A stretch of DNA of 35,012 nucleotides from Acaryochloridaceae cyanobacterium VAR_48_metabat_390 (lineage in GTDB: Bacteria > Cyanobacteriota > Cyanobacteriia > Thermosynechococcales > Thermosynechococcaceae): NCBI GenBank assembly GCA_031422435.1, contig JANPLU010000102.1:1-35012 (forward strand), in the 5' to 3' direction. Both the position numbers and the translations under genes were made by a program. Below, piece after piece: positions 27,475 to 35,012 of the stretch. Below the pieces are notes generated by a model, which searched no databases, was not told the DNA's origin, and saw only the letters and a program-made list of their open reading frames with translations. Each line of letters begins with the position of its first letter. The stretch's first letter is position 1.

Positions 27475-27532
27475 AAGTAATACCTGGGCTTTAGATTTCT
27501 CATCTATATTTTTTCTGTTTTATATTCTATTT

Positions 27533-28777
27533 ATGAAAATTGCAATTATTGCCTCTGGCTTTCTTCCCGTTGTTGATGGGGTGACGGTCAGCGGACTACA
27601 GAGACTACGCAAATTGAGTGAATGGGGGCATCAGGTATTATTCTTTTGTCCAAACTATCAAGCACTGCAAAAAATTTATCCAGACTGGAAAAAATATACG
27701 GGAGATATTTTTCCTAATGTTAGAGTTGTAAATCTTTCTAGTAATAGATTGATGGGGTTTGGCTTTGATCGCAATGTTTCTTTGTTTTCCTATCCAGTGC
27801 TATTAAAAGAATTGAGGGAGTTCCATCCAGATATTATCCATGTTGATGAGCCGGAAAGATTGTTTTTGGGGTTCTTAAAAGTACCTGGAATTAGCTACGC
27901 AAAGTCAGTAAACATTCCTTGCATCAGTTTTTACAGAACGAATTTTATAGAGTATATCGATGACTATTCCATGCTTCCGTCTTTTGTTAACTTATGGATT
28001 AAACTAGCTTTTACAAAGATTCTTTTGTATATATATGGATGCTATGGTGTTACATTAGTTTCCAGTCGAGTAACCCATGAGAAAATAATTGATCTAGGTT
28101 TTAAAAATGCCGAGTATAGAAATCTACTTGGCTTTGATTTTGATGCCTACACTCCTGAATTTAAGACTAAACATTTTTTTGAGAATTTCTATCAAATACC
28201 TGGCCTAGAACAGAAAATTAAAATTATCTTTTTAGGCCGTTTAATGCCAGACAAAGGTTGGAAATTCACAATCAATTGTTTGTCTGAGCTAGGTCAAATG
28301 CTTGATTTAAAAGAAGTGGCCTTCATTATTGCCGGAGACGGCCCTATGCGGGAAGAAATTATGTCTAGATTGGGCGATTTTGGTCTTACAGTTCACTTCT
28401 TGGGCCGGGTCTCGCCGGATAATGTTCCTAATCTTTTAGTGAATTGTGATGTACATGTCACAACTTCTGAGAAGGAAACCCGTGGACTGACGGTTCTTGA
28501 GGCATTTGCTGCGGGCATCCCGGTCCTTGCACCTAATAAAGGGGGAGTAATTGAAAATATTCAAGATGGCAGAAATGGTTTTTTATACGACCCTGGCGAC
28601 CAATCTGATTTTTTAAGTAAGCTTACCCGTCTGATTCAAGATAGTGCGTTGAGAGAAACGATGGGGCAGCACGGCAGAGAAGGCGTGGCCGATTACAGCT
28701 GGGATCATACGGTCAAAAACTTAGTTGAGGTCTGGGAGAAGCAAATCGAGGGTTGCAAAGCATCAGCAAAGATCTAA
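27533..28777 (+). CDS. GT4 family glycosyltransferase (SqdX/PimB-like)
   Basis: MKIAII..FLPVVDGVT, GRLMPDKG, IAGDGP and EX7E motif ETRGLTVLE. Confidence 0.92.
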   Translation: MKIAIIASGFLPVVDGVTVSGLQRLRKLSEWGHQVLFFCPNYQALQKIYPDWKKYTGDIFPNVRVVNLSSNRLMGFGFDRNVSLFSYPVLLKELREFHPDIIHVDEPERLFLGFLKVPGISYAKSVNIPCISFYRTNFIEYIDDYSMLPSFVNLWIKLAFTKILLYIYGCYGVTLVSSRVTHEKIIDLGFKNAEYRNLLGFDFDAYTPEFKTKHFFENFYQIPGLEQKIKIIFLGRLMPDKGWKFTINCLSELGQMLDLKEVAFIIAGDGPMREEIMSRLGDFGLTVHFLGRVSPDNVPNLLVNCDVHVTTSEKETRGLTVLEAFAAGIPVLAPNKGGVIENIQDGRNGFLYDPGDQSDFLSKLTRLIQDSALRETMGQHGREGVADYSWDHTVKNLVEVWEKQIEGCKASAKI

Positions 28778-28812
28778 GCCTGTTTGCTTGATGAGGTTAT
28801 CTCAATGGATGC

Positions 28813-29997
28813 TTAACCGAATGAATTGGTTTTGGCGATCGCCAGCCTTTCCTCATAAAGTTCAAGCAGTTTTGTAAAGTGTTCGTCCATGCTGCCAATT
28901 TGATAAGCTGCGGCTTCTGCACAGGCACGTTGTAGCTTTAGGCGATCGCGCTTCAACAGCCGCTCAACTGCGGCGGCGCAAGCTTTAGAATCTCCTGGCG
29001 GGTAGCTTTCTGCATAACTGGGGCGGGCTAAGTCAAAAGCACCGCCTTGATTAGGCACCACAACTGGTGTTCCAGAGCAAATGGCTTCGGCAACCGCAAG
29101 CCCATAGGTTTCTGCCGAGGAACCGTGGACGAGGGCATCTGCACTGGCGATTACCTTTGCTAAAAACTTGCGGTCATTAGTAAAACCCACCAACTGGATG
29201 TTAGGTTTCTTTTTGGCAAGAAACTCAATCCACCGTCGAAATGGGCCATCTCCAAAAATCACTAATCCTACATCTTGATATTTATTGACAAGCTTTACTG
29301 CTTCGATGATGGTAGCTAGACGTTTTTCAGGATGGTGGCGGCTTATTGAAACAAGCAAATGTGCATGTTCTGGTAGGCCGCAAAGAGATAAAAGCTGTTT
29401 ACGAACTGCCACATCATAATTACTGGGAGAAAACACCCCTCTCTCAATCCCAAAGGACACTGTTTTAACCTGCTGGACTCGAAATCGGGTAAGTCTATGC
29501 TCAAGCCATGCACCACTCACCGTTGTGATATCAAATTGGCGACTGAGACGACGTAAATATATCCAATAGGGAAAACAGAGGTTATCTACCTGATCAGCCG
29601 TCAAAATTGAACTTAAAAAGGTTTGCGCATAAGCTGCAACCGGATCTCCATGAAAAATCAGAACCTTTAGGGCGCGACCCTGCCAACGTGCCGTAATCCA
29701 TCCTCCAGTCCAAGCACTAGAGCCTTCAACTACATCCGGATTTTCTCGATTAAGTATCTCATGCACCACTTGCTCTCTTCGGAGAAGATAGTACCTTGGG
29801 TCAAGCGGATCAGGCTCGCTTCTAACCCAAATGACCCTACCACCATTTTCACAGACTTCCTCATAGTCTCTAGAACCAGGAGCAATGACGACTACTTCAT
29901 GACCAGCTTGAGTTGCAGCCCGTAGCTTTTCTTGCGTGTAGATGCGGATTCCACCTCCCCGTTCGGCATAGAATTCTGAAACATCAACAATTTTCAT
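28813..29997 (-). CDS. GT4 family glycosyltransferase
   Basis: MKIVDVSEFY...GGGIRIY, SRHHPEKR, FGDGP and EX7E motif ETYGLAVAE. Confidence 0.9.
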   Translation of the reverse strand: MKIVDVSEFYAERGGGIRIYTQEKLRAATQAGHEVVVIAPGSRDYEEVCENGGRVIWVRSEPDPLDPRYYLLRREQVVHEILNRENPDVVEGSSAWTGGWITARWQGRALKVLIFHGDPVAAYAQTFLSSILTADQVDNLCFPYWIYLRRLSRQFDITTVSGAWLEHRLTRFRVQQVKTVSFGIERGVFSPSNYDVAVRKQLLSLCGLPEHAHLLVSISRHHPEKRLATIIEAVKLVNKYQDVGLVIFGDGPFRRWIEFLAKKKPNIQLVGFTNDRKFLAKVIASADALVHGSSAETYGLAVAEAICSGTPVVVPNQGGAFDLARPSYAESYPPGDSKACAAAVERLLKRDRLKLQRACAEAAAYQIGSMDEHFTKLLELYEERLAIAKTNSFG

Positions 29998-30184
29998 GTG
30001 GCATTGTTCTACGAAGAAAAGGGGTTCTTCTGGCTTTCTACTGAAATACTACGTATTAATAATAGGGTAACAGCCTAAAGTGGGCCACTTTGATCTGGGT
30101 ATTGTCTAGCGAAATTAGCTGTAACGCTTACTCTGTTAGACAAAAACTGAAACCTCTGCAGGGCAAGCTGTCTCGCCTTAAATT

Positions 30185-30279
30185 GATACTTCCCTATTCA
30201 ATTTGAAGAGAATTACTAGAGCACTCTAGATTACGCGGTGGCAGCTTAACTTACCTGTCCACTTTTTGGGGTAAGGTCA
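30185..30279 (+). mobile_element. IS3-family remnant: transposase C-terminal fragment plus terminal inverted repeat
   Basis: The frame from 30193 reads PIQFEENY*STLDYAVAA*, an IS3 OrfB-type SPxxFE...AA* tail with an internal stop. It is followed by TGTCCACTTTTTGGGGTAAGGTCA (30256-30279), whose reverse complement TGACCTTACCCC...GTGGACA has the IS3-type IR pattern. Confidence 0.7.
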
Positions 30280-30689
30280 GACAGTCCCGTTGTAGTAAAA
30301 GTCGAGTCCCTGGGTATGACGCCTGCTTTTAGAGACAAAGGTACAGCAAAGTACACGACCTCAAGGCGAGTCCTTTGCCTGAGGTTGTGGGCTTGTTTAA
30401 TGACACCCTAATTGAGCACTTCAAATCCTAGCTTATCCTTGAAGTGAAGATGATACGTCTTTTCTGATAGGTCACTGTAGCAGGTCATAGGGTCGTGAAC
30501 AGGGTGAGCAAGAATTTCCATTGAAGTTTGTAAAAAAGCCTCCTGAGTTGAGCAAACCCGTTACAATTCACGCTATCTATTGGTGCAGTTTTGTATAGTT
30601 ATCTCTGCACTGTATAACGATGAGTAGCTCTTTTGTACCCTTGCGCAAGACTGTCCGGACTATTGATGTATTTAAGCCGACTTAAGTAA

Positions 30690-32567
30690 ATGGAGCGAAT
30701 GAGTTTGTCTGAAAGTACTCTTAATGTTGAAACCCTTGTTGACCTGCTACAGTACCGCGCTGAATATCAACCTCATCAGACTGCATATACTTTTCTGAAA
30801 GATGGTGAGGTAGAAGCAGGATCTTTGACCTATTTAATGCTGGCACAACAGGCTCAAGCGATCGCCGCTTCTCTTCAGGCTCTCAATGCCACCGGACAAT
30901 ACGCAATCCTGCTCTATCCATCAGGACTAGAATTTATCTCAGCCTTTTTGGGATGTTTGCTGGCGGGAGTTATTGCAATTCCAGTTAGCCCTCCGCGACG
31001 AATTGAGAAAACATTAAAGCTAGAGTCTATTTTACGAGATAGTCAAGCCACCTTCGTCCTTACAACCACTGACTATATCAAAACGATCAAACCTCGCCTC
31101 AAGATACAGACATGTTCAACGCAGCTTCATTGGATAGTGACAGATCGTCTAGACGTTGCACAAGCCAAACAGTGGCAACCCCAAACTCCAAGGCTTGATG
31201 ATATTGCCTTTTTGCAGTACACCTCTGGCTCAACTGGGATTCCAAAAGGGGTGATGGTAACCCACGATAACCTACTGCAAAATCATCGGGCGCTTGAGCA
31301 ATGTTGTCTTCATTCTGATATTTTAACGTTTGTAAATTGGCTCCCCCTCTTTCATGACATGGGTCTAATTGGTAACGTCCTGTTGGCATTTAGGGTTGGA
31401 AAACCCTGTGTGTTTATGCACCCTGTCTCGTTTATTCAAAAGCCTGTGCGCTGGTTGCAGGCTATTTCTCACTATAAAGGTGTTTTGAGCGGAGGTCCCA
31501 ATTTTGCCTTTGATCTGATCTGCGACTACGTTGCACCTGAACAGCGCGCAAATTTGGATTTGAGCGAGTGGCGAGTGGCCTTCTGCGGAGCCGAACCCAT
31601 TCGAGCTTCTACCCTGGCGAGAATCACAACCTTATTTGAGCCGTGTGGACTTCATCAAGCAGCCTTTAGTCCCAGTTATGGACTGGCAGAAGCAACGGTT
31701 TTTTTAACTGGGGGAGATCGGTTCAGTCCTCCCGTTATTCGCTATGTTGATGAATTGGCTCTCGAAAAAAATAAGGTTGTGCTCACCCATCAGAATGATT
31801 CCCACTCTCGTGCTGTGGTGGGATGTGGGCACCCTTGGTTGGATTCAAGAATTGTCATCGTGAATACTGAGACCATAACCCGCTGCTCAGAAATGGAAGT
31901 TGGAGAAGTCTGGGTGTCTGGCACTACTGTGACAAAAGGGTATCTCCATAAGGAAGAAGAGACAACCCAAACCTTCTGCGCCTACCTAAGCAACCCTTCG
32001 GAAGGCCCATTTTTGCGGACGGGTGATTTGGGGTTTTTGCAAGACGGTGAACTTTTTATTACGGGTCGGCTGAAAGAGATCATGATTTTTGGGGGGCTTA
32101 ATCGATACCCCCAACCCCTTGAACAAACGGCAGAGAAAAGTCATTCTGCGCTGCGCCCCAATTGTGGTGCAGCCTTTTCGATCAATATTGATGGATTAGA
32201 ACGGCTGGTGATTGCCTATGAGGCTGAGCGTAGTCAGCGTAGATCTCTGGATATGGATGACATTGTGCAGTCGGTTTGCTGGGCGATCGCCCGTGACCAT
32301 TATGTCAATGTCTACGCCATTTTGCTCCTAAAACCAGGGACTTTACCCAAAACCTCTAGTGGTAAAATTCAACGAAGAGCATGTCGGACTGCGTTTATAG
32401 AAGGTAGCCTAACGGTGCTGGCTGAGTGGAGAGCGCCCCTTGACCAAAAAGGCGATCTGCGTTGGCTGCTGAGACGATACCTAAATCCTCTAACCCATAC
32501 CAAACGATATTGGGCGATCATGAGGGCGCGCACCAGACGGCTGTACGATAGGTTCCTGAGAACCTAA
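30690..32567 (+). CDS. Stand-alone fatty acyl-AMP ligase (FAAL)
   Basis: LQYTSGSTGIPKG, WLPLFHDMGLIG, GGPNFAF, YGLAEAT, FAAL-type insertion before VGCG, RTGDLG and LPKTSSGKIQR. No fused ACP. Confidence 0.92.
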   Translation: MERMSLSESTLNVETLVDLLQYRAEYQPHQTAYTFLKDGEVEAGSLTYLMLAQQAQAIAASLQALNATGQYAILLYPSGLEFISAFLGCLLAGVIAIPVSPPRRIEKTLKLESILRDSQATFVLTTTDYIKTIKPRLKIQTCSTQLHWIVTDRLDVAQAKQWQPQTPRLDDIAFLQYTSGSTGIPKGVMVTHDNLLQNHRALEQCCLHSDILTFVNWLPLFHDMGLIGNVLLAFRVGKPCVFMHPVSFIQKPVRWLQAISHYKGVLSGGPNFAFDLICDYVAPEQRANLDLSEWRVAFCGAEPIRASTLARITTLFEPCGLHQAAFSPSYGLAEATVFLTGGDRFSPPVIRYVDELALEKNKVVLTHQNDSHSRAVVGCGHPWLDSRIVIVNTETITRCSEMEVGEVWVSGTTVTKGYLHKEEETTQTFCAYLSNPSEGPFLRTGDLGFLQDGELFITGRLKEIMIFGGLNRYPQPLEQTAEKSHSALRPNCGAAFSINIDGLERLVIAYEAERSQRRSLDMDDIVQSVCWAIARDHYVNVYAILLLKPGTLPKTSSGKIQRRACRTAFIEGSLTVLAEWRAPLDQKGDLRWLLRRYLNPLTHTKRYWAIMRARTRRLYDRFLRT

Positions 32568-32582
32568 AGCATCTAGCCCGTT

Positions 32583-34658
32583 ATGTCTGCAACCGTTGAT
32601 GACGATCTAAACCAACCCCAAGCAATTGGGACTCTCCGCTTAGATGCCTGCAGCTTGACGCAAAAGGTAGGTCGTCGGCAAATCCTGCTCGATCAGGTTT
32701 CGCTATCTATTTTGCCGGAGGAATTTGTCGCCATTGTGGGGGTGAGCGGCGCGGGAAAAACGACTCTCTTAGATTCACTCAGTGGGTTTCGCCCCGCTTA
32801 TCAAGGCAAGGTGTTTGTCAATGGGCAAGATCTTTATCTCAATTTCAATGCGTTTCGGACTGAGCTGGGCTACGTGCCCCAGGATGACATTATTCACCGT
32901 GAGCTGACGGTCTATCAAGCCTTTGATTTTTCAGCCAGACTGCGGCTACCGCCCAACCTTCCTGCCTCAGAGCGTCAGCGGCAGATTCAGGCAGTTTTGG
33001 CAGACTTAGAACTCACCCATCGACAACATGCCTTGGTTAAAAACCTGAGCGGTGGTCAGCGTAAACGGGTTTCGATTGGGGTAGAACTGCTCACCAAACC
33101 CCGACTGTTTTTTCTAGATGAAGCGACCTCCGGCCTAGATCCCGGCACAGAACACCAAATGATGCTGTTGCTGAGACGATTAGCCGATCAGGGGCGCACA
33201 ATACTCTTAAATACCCACACCACCAAAAATATTTTGCTGTGCGACATGGTGGTTTTTCTTGCTAAAGGGGGAAAGGTAGCATTTTATGGGCCACCCCAAG
33301 AAGCCTTAGCCTATTTTGAGGTACGGGATTTTGATGAGATTTACCTTAAGGTAGATGAGGAAAAAACACCCCAACAGTGGCAGCAACAGTATCTTCAATC
33401 CCCAGCGTATCAGAAGTATGTGGGCGATCGCCAACGGCAGTTGGCCACCCATCAGCCCTCGCAACTGCCCAGACGCGCCCGAACGCCCCAGAGTAGTTCA
33501 TCGGCTGTGCGTCAACTGTGGCTCCTTTCCCAGCGCAACCTTACCATCCTGATCCAAGATCGAGCCAGCCTGATTTTGATGTTATTGGTTGCGCCCATTT
33601 TAGGGTTACTCGATCTGTTAATGGTACGTCGCAATGTTTTTGACCCCCTGCGCGGCGATTCCGGCCAGTCTTTAACCTTAATGTTTATCGCTACTCTGAT
33701 TGCCGTACTGGTTGGGAGTCTCTCTACCATGCGGGAAATTGTGAAAGAAGCCGAAATCTACCGACGGGAGCGGATGATTGGTCTAAAAGTGTTGCCATAC
33801 TTACTGTCTAAAGTATGGCTATGTGTCCTCATCGCCCTCTACCAAGCTGCCATTTTCTGGCTGACTAAGATTCTGATTGTAGATTTACCTGACAATCAGG
33901 CTTCAATTCGGATTGCCCTTTATTTCACCATATTTTTATCAACCTTAGGGGGCATGATCATGGGGCTTTTAGTGTCGGCACTCTCAACCACCCAAAATGT
34001 TGCGCCCCTTCTAACCATTTTATTCCTAGTCCCGCAAATTACCTTTGCTGGGGCTATTTTCCCATTGGAAGCCTTAGGAAGTACTGGACAGTGGATCAGT
34101 CAACTCACCCTAACGCGCTGGGGTTATGAAGCAATGGTGACGTTATCGGGATTGGGTCAGGATGTGGTGCAAGATTCTTGCTGGCAACAGCCCGAATCGG
34201 TTCGCAAAGGTTGGAGTGAGACAGAAAAATCGAAGTGTCAATGTATGGGACCTCACCTGTTTGAACGCTGTCGGTTCCCCGGTCTTAAGAAAGAATATAA
34301 CGCGGTTGTCAATCAACCCCAACCGCCGAAGCCCAAAGACCTAGGTGATCCTCCTGAAGCGCCAGACTCTTTATTTAGTCCAGCAGCAGAACCTTTTCGA
34401 GATGATCTCAAAGCCTACAAAGCCAAGGTTAAAGCCTATCGGCAGGGGATGGATCGCTGGCAGGATCAGTTTATTTACTGGAAGGAAAACCGAGGAAAAG
34501 CTCTGGCATCAGGGGAAGCTCTGATCAGTAGAGTGCGGAAAACCCAGGGGAGGAGTTTTGCGGTGGATGTGACAGGACATTGGGCAAAACTTGGACTTCT
34601 CCAGATCGGAATGTTGAGCTTGCTGTTGCTGGTTCAGAGACGAAAGGATGTCCTTTAA
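32583..34658 (+). CDS. ABCG-type exporter (N-terminal NBD fused to ABC-2 membrane domain), no FHA domains
   Basis: GVSGAGKT, YVPQDDIIH, LSGGQRKR, FLDEATSGLDPG, REIVKEAEIYRRER and about 6 TM segments with a large Cys-containing loop. Confidence 0.92.
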   Translation: MSATVDDDLNQPQAIGTLRLDACSLTQKVGRRQILLDQVSLSILPEEFVAIVGVSGAGKTTLLDSLSGFRPAYQGKVFVNGQDLYLNFNAFRTELGYVPQDDIIHRELTVYQAFDFSARLRLPPNLPASERQRQIQAVLADLELTHRQHALVKNLSGGQRKRVSIGVELLTKPRLFFLDEATSGLDPGTEHQMMLLLRRLADQGRTILLNTHTTKNILLCDMVVFLAKGGKVAFYGPPQEALAYFEVRDFDEIYLKVDEEKTPQQWQQQYLQSPAYQKYVGDRQRQLATHQPSQLPRRARTPQSSSSAVRQLWLLSQRNLTILIQDRASLILMLLVAPILGLLDLLMVRRNVFDPLRGDSGQSLTLMFIATLIAVLVGSLSTMREIVKEAEIYRRERMIGLKVLPYLLSKVWLCVLIALYQAAIFWLTKILIVDLPDNQASIRIALYFTIFLSTLGGMIMGLLVSALSTTQNVAPLLTILFLVPQITFAGAIFPLEALGSTGQWISQLTLTRWGYEAMVTLSGLGQDVVQDSCWQQPESVRKGWSETEKSKCQCMGPHLFERCRFPGLKKEYNAVVNQPQPPKPKDLGDPPEAPDSLFSPAAEPFRDDLKAYKAKVKAYRQGMDRWQDQFIYWKENRGKALASGEALISRVRKTQGRSFAVDVTGHWAKLGLLQIGMLSLLLLVQRRKDVL

Positions 34659-34682
34659 TAGTCCAGATAGGTCAGGAAATGG

Positions 34683-34708
34683 TGTCTACCAAAAAGAGGT
34701 CATAGCCA
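34683..34708 (+). mobile_element. Possible isolated IS3-family terminal inverted repeat
   Basis: TGTCTACCAAAAAGAGGTCATAGCCA. Its reverse complement TGGCTATGACCTC...GTAGACA fits the 5'-TG...GT(A/G)GACA IS3/IS150 end pattern. No transposase is adjacent. Confidence 0.4.
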
Positions 34709-34967
34709 TAGCATCCAGACTGCCGACTGTACAAAGATTGAGCGCCGCCATCCAAGGCAAACCTCTGGGGTGAACCTCAGAGGCTGTCCCGCTTTTACAG
34801 CATCAGGCAGAAACTTGCATAAATTATTGACCATCGCCTAGGTATTGATTACAGGGTTAAGGGCATCGGCTGCGGGAGCATCTCACTTTTGCGATGAGTA
34901 GAAATACTTAGGCAACATTTTTTAATTGAAGCGATATCGAGAAATAACCATTAAGGTAAGCACACCG

Positions 34968-35012
34968 ATGTCTGAGAACCTGAGGGACATTCTTGGTTGC
35001 CCATTGTGCTCC
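34968..35012 (+). CDS. Partial CDS running off the window; CPxC zinc-knuckle start typical of Trm112-like or SAM-methyltransferase N-termini
   Basis: ATG at 34968 after TAAGGT reads MSENLRDILGCPLCS with no stop before the window end. Confidence 0.6.
   Translation, partial: MSENLRDILGCPLCS

Larger units (their letters stand above)
2353..33431. repeat. HIP1 octamer GCGATCGC dispersed through the window (roughly 30 copies by eye)
   Basis: Examples at 2353, 6391, 10716, 12232, 13564, 14380, 25639 and 33424. HIP1 is a hallmark of most cyanobacterial genomes. It is sparse in 22.3-28.8 kb. Confidence 0.9.

Noticed and set aside
30000..30689. Hidden acyl carrier protein gene
   Set aside because: No ORF of 60 aa or more is listed here, and no GxDS phosphopantetheine motif was seen.
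298..34344. Many short ORFs nested in or antisense to the called genes (e.g. 12355-12738, 15478-15891, 19251-19670, 24511-24912)
   Set aside because: These are shadow frames of real genes with no family motifs. The periodicity of 24511-24912 simply mirrors the pentapeptide repeats.
34756..34795. c-di-GMP-I riboswitch
   Set aside because: GGCAAACC plus a hairpin is present, but the following GACGCAAAGC and second stem are absent.
1..35012. CRISPR array or cas genes
   Set aside because: No regularly spaced 25-40 bp repeats were found. The CTGAAACC...GCAGGGCAA text near 30147-30166 looks leader-like, but no repeats follow.

Overview
This is a cyanobacterial chromosomal segment: the HIP1 octamer GCGATCGC occurs roughly 30 times by eye, and the gene set is typically cyanobacterial. 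The left 11 kb is core genome: pgk, a universal stress protein, GST, a solitary ndhK, a cobT-like gene with a DUF2232-like gene and a Crp-family regulator, an Rbp3-type RNA-binding protein, and polA. The 800 bp spacer in this block holds a well-formed promoter, sRNA and terminator unit resembling the RpaB-controlled sRNA PsrR1, plus a structured rbp leader. From 11 to 18 kb lies the FutABC iron uptake system with two Fur-like boxes. It is interrupted by an MDR oxidoreductase and a Uma2 gene, and followed by a TonB-like anchored proline-rich protein. From 18 to 25 kb are a secreted carboxylesterase, a small RHH-regulator islet at the 3' end of tRNA-Val(UAC), a DUF2227-like gene, mazG with an N-terminal extension, and a pentapeptide-repeat/putative outer-membrane barrel fusion. 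From 25 to 35 kb is a partly AT-rich accessory cluster with IS3-family scars: MFS exporter, sterol-desaturase-family enzyme, two GT4 glycosyltransferases, a stand-alone fatty acyl-AMP ligase, an FHA-less ABCG-type exporter, and the start of a CPxC protein. This cluster looks like an uncharacterised glycolipid biosynthesis and export system and is the best candidate for novelty. All calls come from motif recognition by eye; no searches were run.
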